Part shown: positions 47,591 through 56,179 of the stretch, piece after piece
How positions within the stretch are numbered: position 1 is the stretch's first letter
Layout: each line of letters opens with the position of its first letter
Origin: a virus
Direction: 5' to 3' (one strand)
DNA length: 64,000 nucleotides
Virus record (IMG/VR): IMGVR_UViG_3300036907_000061
Coordinates: 4,627 to 68,626 of that record
Position numbers and translations under genes: made by a program
The notes under the pieces: generated by a model
The model's input: only the letters and a program-made list of their open reading frames with translations
Databases searched by the model: none
What the model was told of the DNA's origin: nothing

Positions 47591-48150
47591 CGGTATTAGC
47601 TAGGGGGGTACTGGCCAGTGGGGCTAGTACGGTTGGGCGGTCAAGCTCGGTGGAGCTTGTAGCAATTCGCTCAAGGCAAACGCCGAGTGGCTTTGACTAG
47701 GTTGTGACTGTCTAACGCATTAACCGGCCTGAAAAACTGAAAGCGTTAGCGTGACTGTCAGCACGAGATATACTGAGAAGAACGGGGAAGAAGTAGCGTA
47801 ACAGAGAAATAGCGTCACCTATGGTGCTTACGCCCTGCGCGTCTAGAGCCTGTACCCGGCACGTGTGCCGAGCAGAGCAAACGGCGCAACGGCCAATCCT
47901 GGGTGTAAAGGCGTCCCGTACAGCGTTAGTGTTCCCAAAGTCGAAAAGAACACCCCGTTGCCATGACAAAACTATCAATACCGGCTGAGTCCGTGAGGTG
48001 GTTGGCGCGGTAGCGATTCACCTGGTGCGTTTGCATCAGCCATGGTTAGAATCCGCCGTTAAAGACTATTGGAGTCCTGCTTTGGTGTCAGTCGGGAATC
48101 ATATGGATTAGAGTCTGCGGGTCGTTGACGCAGGAAAGTGAAACCCTTTC
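47591..48150 (+). ncRNA. Candidate large structured non-coding RNA
   Basis: No convincing ORF and many nested stems (see findings). Confidence 0.5.
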
Positions 48151-48313
48151 CAACTCGAACTCACATTTTTTCCGCTCCTTTCTTCATTCTTTGGCTTCCA
48201 TGAAACCACCCTCCCGGAACACGTCAAGCGGTTGGTCTCTACTGATTAACCCGTGCTTAGGAAGCTGTGACAAGGCAGCAATTCAAGTGGCGAGTCACAT
48301 GGAGTCAAATCAA

Positions 48314-48805
48314 ATGCACACAGTAGCAACAGTAAAAACGGAATCGACGCTGGCAATGGCAATCATAGGTGCAGGCATGACCGGCATGCAGATCGTACCA
48401 AAAGTCAGCGCCAGGGGCAAGCAAATCGGCGCGAACATCAAGGTCGGAACCCAGGGTTCCTTCCGCGACATCAAACTGGCTTTGCAGTCGGCTGATCCGA
48501 AGCTCAAGGGCAATAAGCTCACCAAGAAAACCAATGAAATCTTCTTTGGCGAGTCTGACTTGCGCGATACCGTTGAACACGTCCTGCTGGACAAAGCCCA
48601 CAAAGAAGGCGTCCATCTGGATTCAGCGACCATCACCACCCGCGGCATGACCCTCCGGTTGAAGAAACCGGCTGACGCGGATGCCCGTGGCGCGAAACTC
48701 AAAAAGGCGATGGAAGCCCTCGCGGAGTCGCGCGGCATCTCCGTTGCCGAACTGGAAGCATCGCTTCCGAAGGCCAAGACCGAAGAAACGGTTGTGGAAG
48801 TCTAA
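48314..48805 (+). CDS. Lys-rich early protein
   Basis: ggag SD then ATG at 48314; biased codon usage; followed by a hairpin. Confidence 0.65.
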   Translation: MHTVATVKTESTLAMAIIGAGMTGMQIVPKVSARGKQIGANIKVGTQGSFRDIKLALQSADPKLKGNKLTKKTNEIFFGESDLRDTVEHVLLDKAHKEGVHLDSATITTRGMTLRLKKPADADARGAKLKKAMEALAESRGISVAELEASLPKAKTEETVVEV

Positions 48806-48820
48806 TCGGCGGCAAAACAT

Positions 48821-48844
48821 CCGGCTGTCAGCAATGGCAGCCGG
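48821..48844 (+). terminator. Hairpin with GCAA tetraloop
   Basis: ccggctgtca-gcaa-tggcagccgg followed by tcattt. Confidence 0.55.
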
Positions 48845-48883
48845 TCATTTGCTTCTGGTCAACTATACAAAAAGGAACGGGTT

Positions 48884-49048
48884 ATGACATGGCTAATTAC
48901 CGTCAAAGGCGATGATACCTTTGTCTGGGATGGGCAGATAACCGGCACAGAATCGGAAATGCTGGCAAAACTGCCATTATTGCTTCACAATCTGGGAAGC
49001 AGCACAATCGAGCAATTCAGATCAATCACCATTGACAAGATTGATTGA
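48884..49048 (+). CDS. Small hypothetical protein (54 aa)
   Basis: aagga SD then MTWLITVKGDD... Confidence 0.45.
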   Translation: MTWLITVKGDDTFVWDGQITGTESEMLAKLPLLLHNLGSSTIEQFRSITIDKID

Positions 49049-49056
49049 TTTTCACT

Positions 49057-49195
49057 TTCCCGCGTGCCTGGACTGGCAAACAGCGTAATCCGTCACTAAT
49101 TCAGCGGCATCCGTTCAGTCCGCGTCTTTAAGGTGACGTTGCGAATCGTCCGGAGTTCTGGCCCATAAAGGCTAAACCGGCGGCGCGGGAATCCA
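49057..49195 (+). ncRNA. Candidate multi-branched small RNA ending in CCA
   Basis: ttcccgcg/cgcgggaa closing stem followed by tcca; three internal hairpins. Confidence 0.4.
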
Positions 49196-49227
49196 CTTTC
49201 CCTGACGGTAAACAACAACAAAAAACT

Positions 49228-49599
49228 ATGGAAACCACAAACATAAATGAAGTAGAAATCAACGGCGTTCAGTATGTTCGAAAGGACTCTGTTATTCCGA
49301 AACTCAACAAGGAAAACGCATGCATAGTGCGATGTGAAACGGCGGGCGTTTTCTTTGGCTATCCATCGTCAACCGACCTTTCCAAAGGCGTTGTGACATT
49401 GAAACAGGCGCGCAGACTATGGTATTGGTCTGGAGCCGCGTCCCTGTCTCAACTGGCGGTTGACGGCACATCCAAACCCGGGGAATGCAAGTTCCCGGTG
49501 TCGGTCCCTGAAATCTCCCTAACCAAAGTCATTGAATTGATTCCCTGTACTGAAAAGTCGGTGAATTCAATCAATGATGTCGCCATATGGAAAGTCTAA
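49228..49599 (+). CDS. DUF6948-like protein, copy 1
   Basis: IVRCETAGVFFG...L.QARRLWYWSGAASLSQLAVDG...IELIPC. Confidence 0.8.
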   Translation: METTNINEVEINGVQYVRKDSVIPKLNKENACIVRCETAGVFFGYPSSTDLSKGVVTLKQARRLWYWSGAASLSQLAVDGTSKPGECKFPVSVPEISLTKVIELIPCTEKSVNSINDVAIWKV

Positions 49600-49832
49600 A
49601 TAAAGGCTACGGCTACGGCTCCGGCTCCGGCGACGGCTACGGCTCCGGCTCCGGCGACGGCTACGGCTACGGCTCCGGCTACGGCTGCGGCTCCGGCTAC
49701 GGCTACGGCTACGGCTCCGGCTCCGGCGACGGCTGCGGCTCCGGCTCCGGCTGCGGCTACGGCTACGGCTGCGGCGACGGCTCCGGCTCCGGCTCCGGCT
49801 ACGGCTACGGCTACGGCTCCGGCGACGGATAA
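49587..49832 (+). CDS. Gly-X (GY/GS/GD/GC) repeat protein, copy 1
   Basis: GGC-(TAC/TCC/GAC/TGC) hexamer array in frame from an overlapping ATG. Confidence 0.65.
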   Translation: MESLNKGYGYGSGSGDGYGSGSGDGYGYGSGYGCGSGYGYGYGSGSGDGCGSGSGCGYGYGCGDGSGSGSGYGYGYGSGDG

Positions 49833-50243
49833 ACCACAACAAAAGGAACTGCATGCCCCGATGTAAAATGTATAAGATGGGCGATGTCATTTACACCGCT
49901 GTGCGAAATGACAACGTCATTGACATCTATCAACATACCACGTTCATCAAAACCACCACCTATCCAAGCAATGCGGTTGCAAAGAAGGCAATAAACGAAC
50001 TGTAATTCAGCAATACAACTCCCGGCATCCAATCGTGCCGGGACTTCTGTTACTGAAAGGAACTTATGGCATCTCCCAACACCCTGCAATTACGCAAGAT
50101 AGGAACGGTTAACAAGTCCGTTTTTGTCAAACAGCCGCATCTCTCAAAAACCATTCGCCAACAGCGCGATGTTCCGGTGTACCAATTGGGAAAGGTCATC
50201 CATTCCGGAGGAACCAGGGTTGGATCGTTCAAATAACAATTTC

Positions 50244-50308
50244 GGCGGTTTGCCAAGGCTGTCAGGTTGGCTGTATAGCGCCGGGCAAAACCGGGTGAAC
50301 CGCCTCCA
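50244..50308 (+). ncRNA. Minimal tRNA-like element
   Basis: ggcggttt/gaaccgcc acceptor-like stem followed by tcca; two internal hairpins; no D arm. Confidence 0.35.
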
Positions 50309-50309
50309 A

Positions 50310-50382
50310 TGTCCGGTAGCTCAGAGAGAGCGCGAATTTGATAAATTTGAGATGACAGGCTTAATTCCTGTCCCGGACGCCA
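50310..50382 (+). tRNA. tRNA-Ile(GAT), atypical or degenerate
   Basis: tgtccgg-ta-gctc agaga gagc-g-cgaat tt GAT aa atttg...acagg cttaatt cctgt-c-ccggacg-cca; non-canonical T loop and short D loop. Confidence 0.6.
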
Positions 50383-50386
50383 ATTT

Positions 50387-50430
50387 CGGCGGGTAGCTCA
50401 ATTGGCAGAGCGCAGGACTAATAATCCTCC
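50387..50430 (+). pseudogene. 5' tRNA fragment (anticodon AAT, Met-like body)
   Basis: cggcggg-tagctcaattggcagagc-g-cagga ct AAT aa tcct; no T arm follows. Confidence 0.55.
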
Positions 50431-50688
50431 CAAGCGGACACGTCCAAGTTAAAACGAGGGGTCGTGGATGTTGGAGTGGATGGCAACAACTACAAACCAT
50501 ATTCAATGGACAACATCAACAGCATTATGGCTTTCAAGCCAATGATGCCAAACGATTTACCCTTCCAAGACCACCACGATTTAAGGGAGGAAGATTTATG
50601 AGCGACACCACAAAAATACTGGACGTATGCCTGGTAATAGCGCTATGCTTCTACGCACTGTCCATCATTATATCTCTCATCTGGTAAT

Positions 50689-50889
50689 ATGGACTATCAC
50701 CTGTGCCAGCAATTCTCCCACCTGTTATACTTCGCCCTGGTTGCGGCGTACATGACTGTGATCTGGATACAATGCGGAACCGAGCGAATGTGTCGGGGAT
50801 TGAATTTTAGACACGATGTCAACACAGCTCTCCTGGGTTGGATATTGATAGTCTGGGGAGCTTTCAACCTGATGATGGTATTTATATGA
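50689..50889 (+). CDS. Small two-TM membrane protein
   Basis: Two hydrophobic segments. Confidence 0.45.
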   Translation: MDYHLCQQFSHLLYFALVAAYMTVIWIQCGTERMCRGLNFRHDVNTALLGWILIVWGAFNLMMVFI

Positions 50890-50996
50890 GCAAACATCTC
50901 AAACAAGCCTGCAAGCGATTCATACGCAAGGCAACCCATGTTCACTGGGTGAAGCTGCAAATCGCGGCGGGAAAGTGATTTAAACAACAAAAAACT

Positions 50997-51368
50997 ATGG
51001 AAACCACAAACATAAATGAAGTAGAAATCAACGGCGTTCAGTATGTTCGAAAGGACTCTGTTATTCCGAAACTCAACAAGGAAAACGCATGCATAGTGCG
51101 ATGTGAAACGGCGGGCGTTTTCTTTGGCTATCCATCGTCAACCGACCTTTCCAAAGGCGTTGTGACATTGAAACAGGCGCGCAGACTATGGTATTGGTCT
51201 GGAGCCGCGTCCCTGTCTCAACTGGCGGTTGACGGCACATCCAAACCCGGGGAATGCAAGTTCCCGGTGTCGGTCCCTGAAATCTCCCTAACCAAAGTCA
51301 TTGAATTGATTCCCTGTACTGAAAAGTCGGTGAATTCAATCAATGATGTCGCCATATGGAAAGTCTAA
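50997..51368 (+). CDS. DUF6948-like protein, copy 2 (identical)
   Basis: Same protein sequence as copy 1. Confidence 0.8.
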   Translation: METTNINEVEINGVQYVRKDSVIPKLNKENACIVRCETAGVFFGYPSSTDLSKGVVTLKQARRLWYWSGAASLSQLAVDGTSKPGECKFPVSVPEISLTKVIELIPCTEKSVNSINDVAIWKV

Positions 51369-51607
51369 ATACAGGCTCCGGCGACGGCTACGGCTACGGC
51401 TACGGCTACGGCTCCGGCGACGGCTACGGCTCCGGCGACGGCGACGGCTACGGCTCCGGCTCCGGCTCCGGCGACGGCTACGGCGCCGGGTCCGGTGGCG
51501 GCTCCGGCTCCGGCTCCGGCTCCGGCTGCGGCGACGGCTCCGGCTCCGGCTCCGGCGACGGCTACGGCTCCGGCTCCGGCGACGGCTCCGGCTGCGGCGA
51601 CGGATAA
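51356..51607 (+). CDS. Gly-X repeat protein, copy 2
   Basis: Same architecture as copy 1 with a different repeat order. Confidence 0.65.
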   Translation: MESLNTGSGDGYGYGYGYGSGDGYGSGDGDGYGSGSGSGDGYGAGSGGGSGSGSGSGCGDGSGSGSGDGYGSGSGDGSGCGDG

Positions 51608-51710
51608 ACCATTTCCGGGAAACCGGACGGTGTCGGGGGTAATGTTCTAATACTTGGCAGAGGGCGAGAACACGTCTGTCTGTTCAGGAACCTCCGACGC
51701 TTTTAATTTT

Positions 51711-51914
51711 ATGCAGATTGTTACCGACCCACATGGAGCGCAGGTTCTTTCGGAGCTAAACGATGAGGGTGATCAATCTGATACCCCCATTCACAATAGG
51801 CTTTATTCCATAAAAGGGGATCACTCACAAATGGTGGTAATGACTGGAGAGGAGTTGGACTCTCTCGCATCCCAATGGAAACAACATAGTTTACAAAATA
51901 AAGGATACACATGA
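51711..51914 (+). CDS. Hypothetical protein
   Basis: ATG after a structured intergenic region. Confidence 0.45.
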   Translation: MQIVTDPHGAQVLSELNDEGDQSDTPIHNRLYSIKGDHSQMVVMTGEELDSLASQWKQHSLQNKGYT

Positions 51915-52348
51915 CGTTCTCAGAACTTGAATTAAAAATTGGAAAATAGGACAAATCATAATGGCACGAACATGCAAATGGGGGCGGGTGGGTTCAAAAT
52001 GATGCCATCGTTGCATCATCTGTATTCATCGGCAAAAAAGTAATAGTCCATTGCTTCTTAGGAACACCGCGGGTGTATGGGAATGCTCGGGTGTCTGGTG
52101 GTGCTCAGGTGTATGGGGATGCTCGGGTGTATGGGGATGCTTGGCATCAATCTCCACTATTTATCGTTGGCAGCGTGTTCTCTTTGACCAATTGCAAACA
52201 TGGTCATATCCAAATCGGTTGCCAATGCCGTACTTTTGAGTGGTGGAAGAAGAGCGGATTAACCCTTGCCAAGGAGCACTCTTTCACTCCAGGACAAATC
52301 AAGGAATACAAGGCTTATATCGAGCTATTTGAGAAAGTTGGGAAATGA
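51911..52348 (+). pseudogene. Hexapeptide-repeat (VYGDAR) protein with two in-frame stops
   Basis: ATG 51911 is in frame with HANGGGWV...VYGNARVSGGAQVYGDAR...IQIGCQ; TAG at 51947 and TAA at 51959. Confidence 0.7.
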
Positions 52349-52387
52349 GTAAAGTAAAATTAATCCCACCAGACATTTAATCAATTT

Positions 52388-52575
52388 CAGGCGCAGGGTC
52401 ACTTCCGGTTCCGTCCGGTTTTCGACCTCCAAGCAAGAGAATCGGCGTGGCTGGTAGCATTCGTCGGGTTCGTACCCGACTCACCAAGCCTTTTACCCCG
52501 AAAGAAAATGGCATGATACGCTCCCCTTAAGGTGGCCGATTGGCTGCTGGGTGGTGTATGTGGCCGTCCCGCCTG
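52388..52575 (+). ncRNA. Candidate structured RNA with a T-arm-like hairpin
   Basis: caggcg/cgcctg, ggtcac/gtggcc and aatcggc/gccgatt stems; gtcgg-gttcgtac-ccgac hairpin. Confidence 0.4.
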
Positions 52576-52636
52576 TTTAAACGTCACAGTGAACGCAATA
52601 GAATCTTTAACAGGCAGTTAAAAACAACATCACACT

Positions 52637-52822
52637 ATGGGATTACTTGGAAAGTTAATTGGTACGGCACTGGATGTGGCTACTTCGCCTATTGCGGTTA
52701 TAAAGGACGCAATCCCCGGAGCTGGTGGATACATTGACGGCAACCTCAGCCACACTGGAAGGAAAATCGAAGAAGTGTCCGATGATCTCAAAGAAGTGCG
52801 CGAAGACATCGAAGACCTGTAA
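52637..52822 (+). CDS. Small hypothetical protein
   Basis: MGLLGKLIGTALDVATSPIAVIKD is a recurrent phage motif. Confidence 0.6.
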   Translation: MGLLGKLIGTALDVATSPIAVIKDAIPGAGGYIDGNLSHTGRKIEEVSDDLKEVREDIEDL

Positions 52823-52846
52823 CTCATTTACAGACAAGAAACCACC

Positions 52847-53266
52847 ATGCAGTTCTCAGACAAGTTAAAAAGCTTTCCTCCTATTTTATGCCGACTGCTG
52901 GGCCGCAGGCCCTGGGCTGGACCTCTATCAACAAAGGAGATAGCAGAAGTCAGCGGACTTTCGGAGCCAAAAGTAGAAACCATTTCACAACAGACTGGCT
53001 GGGATGAAATCACAGTGGGTGACATGTTCGCATTCCTGACCGGTTGCGGAATCCCGCTGGACAACAGCAGCCAGATGAGAAGGGTGCTGATGTATCTCAG
53101 GAGAAATCCTGAATTTGAGTATTTATTCAACGATTCCGAGTGGAAAACCAGATGGCTGCCCATGCTGGTGAAGTTCCGCAAGATTTACCCCAGCCATCTC
53201 GTCCCAGGGACTCCTCAATTTAAACCGCTCAGGCGCCTGCTGGAACGGCTGGCCCCCATTATATGA
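52847..53266 (+). CDS. HTH-containing protein
   Basis: LSTKEIAEVSGLS. Confidence 0.55.
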   Translation: MQFSDKLKSFPPILCRLLGRRPWAGPLSTKEIAEVSGLSEPKVETISQQTGWDEITVGDMFAFLTGCGIPLDNSSQMRRVLMYLRRNPEFEYLFNDSEWKTRWLPMLVKFRKIYPSHLVPGTPQFKPLRRLLERLAPII

Positions 53267-53637
53267 CCAAGAAAGAACTCCAATCCGGACTGTTATCCTT
53301 CTCTGGACTGTCCAAGAGATGGCACAGGCATCAGTCGGGATTGGTATATTCGGATGGTGTTAAGTGGCTGTGCGACAACAACAACTGTAATGTATTGATT
53401 GATGACATATCCGCTTTCCAGGACTCGGATCGGGTCGGCAACAATATTGAAATGCAGGACTTCCAATTATGGATACTGTGGCACGACCAGTTCACCCATG
53501 TCTCCATTCTTTACGGAATGATTGACGAAAACATTCCCCCGCTCATCGAGCACAATATACCCATTCTTCTTCCTCTGGATGTCATCCGGCTTCACGTAAT
53601 CAACTCCGTTTTAATTCTACCCACTGAAAACATATGA
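53263..53637 (+). CDS. DUF6876-like protein
   Basis: FSG...WHRH...YSDGVKWL...FQLW.L...VLILP.E. Confidence 0.6.
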   Translation: MTKKELQSGLLSFSGLSKRWHRHQSGLVYSDGVKWLCDNNNCNVLIDDISAFQDSDRVGNNIEMQDFQLWILWHDQFTHVSILYGMIDENIPPLIEHNIPILLPLDVIRLHVINSVLILPTENI

Positions 53638-53695
53638 AAACCACCGAATTCGGCAAGCAGAAGATACACAAACTCTGGATTACCATTATCCCATT

Positions 53696-54070
53696 ATGAC
53701 CCACAACTCAATTCGATGCATATCGCCCTACAAGTGGAACGGCTTGTGGGTGTTCGACGACCCCAACACCGGACTGGAGAGGGAGGCTTTCGTGGCGGGG
53801 GCAGATGTCATCATAGACCAGGCAACTGCACACATCCGGGACGCGGCCAATGGATTCATTCTACTTTTCTCTGATAATCCCTTCCCCAACCACCAGGTCA
53901 GATTGGATTTGGTGGAGACACTCAAGTCTGACGATCCCGGGGAGATTGGCATGTGTGGCAGCACTTACCAGTGCCAATCCCTTGGTCTAACCGGATGGCT
54001 TTGTCCGTCCCTGTATCTTTACTTTGCCAGCATACCGCAACACATATACACGCAATTCAAATCAATTTAA
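53696..54070 (+). CDS. DUF6717-like protein
   Basis: I.PYKWNGLWVFDD...L.REAFVAGAD..ID...GWLCP.L..YF. Confidence 0.75.
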   Translation: MTHNSIRCISPYKWNGLWVFDDPNTGLEREAFVAGADVIIDQATAHIRDAANGFILLFSDNPFPNHQVRLDLVETLKSDDPGEIGMCGSTYQCQSLGLTGWLCPSLYLYFASIPQHIYTQFKSI

Positions 54071-54080
54071 GGAGTCGGGC

Positions 54081-54269
54081 ATGGACACGGACGCCAAATC
54101 CAATCAGGATACATTGCACAACTGTCCGAAATGTTCATGTCCGATTTCCTTTTCTGAACACTGCCCGGTATGTCTGGGAATGGAAAGGGTTGAGATAGCG
54201 AGAATGGTTTTCAAATCCCTTCGCCGAGTTGGAGGCATGGTGCACCTGGAAAGAAGCTGTCCGGATTGA
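54081..54269 (+). CDS. Small zinc-ribbon protein
   Basis: CPKC...CPVC; aggag SD. Confidence 0.45.
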   Translation: MDTDAKSNQDTLHNCPKCSCPISFSEHCPVCLGMERVEIARMVFKSLRRVGGMVHLERSCPD

Positions 54270-54367
54270 TTTCGCCTTCTGTCTTATGGGCAGACGGCGT
54301 GGTCAAGCTTGACCTCACGCCAAACCCCGGTTGACAGGGTAAATGACAGATTACTGTCGCAACACAA

Positions 54368-54610
54368 ATGAAAGACAAAACAATGATCCGCATCGTATGC
54401 ACATTCGGCGTTGCCGAAACAACCACCCACGAGTGCCCGCAAGGCACCACCATCGGCGAACTCAAGGCCGACTCTTCGCTGAAAGCCCGCCTGGGCTACG
54501 GTGACAACGTGAAATGCCTCATCAACGGCGTTTCGATAGATGACGACGCCGAAGTTCCCGCCGGGGCCACTGTCCGTTTCGAGACCGCGGCCAACCAGAA
54601 GGCGGCGTAA
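54368..54610 (+). CDS. Ubiquitin-like (beta-grasp) protein
   Basis: IRIVCTFG...GTTIGEL...LINGV......V..GATVRFETAANQKAA is a ThiS/MoaD/Ubl-like pattern; upstream of E2, E1 and JAB genes. Confidence 0.75.
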   Translation: MKDKTMIRIVCTFGVAETTTHECPQGTTIGELKADSSLKARLGYGDNVKCLINGVSIDDDAEVPAGATVRFETAANQKAA

Positions 54611-54633
54611 GCCGTTCTTGGCAACAACCCAAA

Positions 54634-54665
54634 GAGGGGGGATAGAAATATCCTCCCTCTCCCTT
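54634..54665 (+). terminator. Hairpin after the Ubl gene
   Basis: gaggggggata-gaaa-tatcctccctc. Confidence 0.55.
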
Positions 54666-54670
54666 AATTT

Positions 54671-55366
54671 ATGTCACAACGATACTTCAGGCTGGACCTG
54701 GACGGAACGGTCACCGATGTCACCCTCTCCGAGAACAAACTTGAAGTGGGAGAGGATTTGATTTCCAACATTGGCGGATCGATTGTTAGAAAATGCCTTA
54801 ATGTCTTTCAAATAAAGGACCATGCACCCACCAGCATGGTTATAACATCGGAAAAGGTCTGCGCCACCACAATCATCTCGGAAATTCCCATCACTGCTCC
54901 GTTCATCATGTCCGGAGACGCCCTGGTTCCGGTCTTTTCATCCGACGCAGACCCTGTTTTTACAATGGTTTGGAAAGTTCCGGGGGACATGATTCTGGCA
55001 TTCATGGTTGAATGCTTCCGAGAGTCAAACCGATGGTATGCGGCACACAATCACCTGATTGCATTTGATGGCGAAAAAGCCGCCTATCGCATTCCATTGT
55101 CCAACATATACGATGACGGAAAATTATGCAATGGAGAGTTCAATTCAACGGGTAAAACGATCCAGGAAAGCGTGTCCAAAGCCCTGGACCAATTCTGCAA
55201 ATCCCAATGGAACCAGGATTTGGACCGAACCCCGTCCCAATCGCAGGCCATGTTCCGGTTCAAACCCACCGACGCTGGATTTGATCAACTGCCCCCACTC
55301 CAGAAGGACTGGAGATTACTGTGCCAGAAAATCGGAACCGAATCACTTCCGCTATTCCTGTTCTAA
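54671..55366 (+). CDS. Prokaryotic E2-like protein (family D / PRTRC-B-like)
   Basis: YRIPLSNIYDDGKLCNG...F..S.WN.DL with the putative catalytic Cys. Confidence 0.7.
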   Translation: MSQRYFRLDLDGTVTDVTLSENKLEVGEDLISNIGGSIVRKCLNVFQIKDHAPTSMVITSEKVCATTIISEIPITAPFIMSGDALVPVFSSDADPVFTMVWKVPGDMILAFMVECFRESNRWYAAHNHLIAFDGEKAAYRIPLSNIYDDGKLCNGEFNSTGKTIQESVSKALDQFCKSQWNQDLDRTPSQSQAMFRFKPTDAGFDQLPPLQKDWRLLCQKIGTESLPLFLF

Positions 55367-55368
55367 AC

Positions 55369-56178
55369 ATGAAACCAAATCCCGCAGATTTTACCATCTT
55401 GAATATCAATGCAGAACGGGGGACGATCCGATCCCTACCCCATCCAACTCTTGGATATATTCACGAATTGGAACGTGATCCCCATCTGTGGATTCACGCT
55501 GAGAGCAATCAGGGAGGGAATGGGTACACCGACGAAATCGATGAGGCGGGATGGTTTACTGCTGCAAGCGTTCATGAATTATATATTGGGGACGGTGCTC
55601 AATTCTGGGTTCCCAGTAATCCATTTGTTATCAAAGCGGAAAAATCAGCCCCATCCGGCCCATCCAGACGGTGTTTTATCGTTGAACCATCACGTCCAAA
55701 CCAATCATTTTACTGGCTGAGGGGTGAAAATGGAATGAGCTTTGGGTATACCGCCAACCGGGTGACTGCCGGAATATGGACCTTGCAGGAGGCGATGGAA
55801 AAATCATTGGGTGTCCAGTGTGAATTTTGGATTATCAATGATCGAAAATTCGAGCCCAAATCACCCACCCACCACCTCGTCCACCTGCTCACAACCTGCA
55901 AGAATAGTCCCGAGGAGGTTGATTGGCGCAAGATTCTTTCCATGGATTTTGCCAGCATGACGTCCCGGAATATATCTCCCATAAGCGACAAATGCGATTC
56001 AGCAGTCATGGCTGGATTGCTGGCTTATTCCGATAGGGCAAGAGACTTGCTGTCGTATGATGATTTCGTTGAGTTTCACATGATCTTATCAAGAGCCTGT
56101 GACCGGTACAAGTCAAAGGTGAAGGAAAATAACCTTCCCAAGACTGCAAGCAAGATAGTGTCGGCATTATTAAAATAA
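55369..56178 (+). CDS. Hypothetical protein of the Ubl operon
   Basis: Tightly packed between E2 and E1. Confidence 0.55.
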   Translation: MKPNPADFTILNINAERGTIRSLPHPTLGYIHELERDPHLWIHAESNQGGNGYTDEIDEAGWFTAASVHELYIGDGAQFWVPSNPFVIKAEKSAPSGPSRRCFIVEPSRPNQSFYWLRGENGMSFGYTANRVTAGIWTLQEAMEKSLGVQCEFWIINDRKFEPKSPTHHLVHLLTTCKNSPEEVDWRKILSMDFASMTSRNISPISDKCDSAVMAGLLAYSDRARDLLSYDDFVEFHMILSRACDRYKSKVKENNLPKTASKIVSALLK

Positions 56179-56179
56179 T

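Larger units (their letters stand above)
49209..51610 (+). repeat. Direct duplication of an ~620-bp unit (49209-49836 and 50981-51610)
   Basis: Identical 123-aa ORFs 1769 bp apart; both units end in ggcgacggataaacca. Confidence 0.95.

Noticed and set aside
49567-49890. Arg/Ser-repeat (minus) and Arg/Leu-repeat (51343-51642) ORFs
   Set aside because: Alternative-frame shadows of the GGC-NNC hexamer arrays; the Gly-X frame has the coupled ATG and conserved stop.
49052-50978. 12-bp long-range inverted repeat tcactttcccgc / gcgggaaagtga
   Set aside because: The second copy is the end of a small ORF (…IAAGK*), and a single 12-bp match could be chance; no supporting element ends.
49600-51607. Possible CRISPR array or DGR template/variable repeat pair
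   Set aside because: The repeats are contiguous hexamers without spacers. The duplicated ORFs are identical with no adenine-specific differences, and no reverse transcriptase was seen.
51911-52348. Stop-codon reassignment suggested by an in-frame TAG
   Set aside because: A TAA is also in frame, other genes terminate at TAG, and long genes are open under the standard code; pseudogenisation is simpler.
52390-52450. HDV-like/theta ribozyme near tRNA-like elements
   Set aside because: No P1 complement follows the candidate P3/L3, so the nested double pseudoknot cannot be built.
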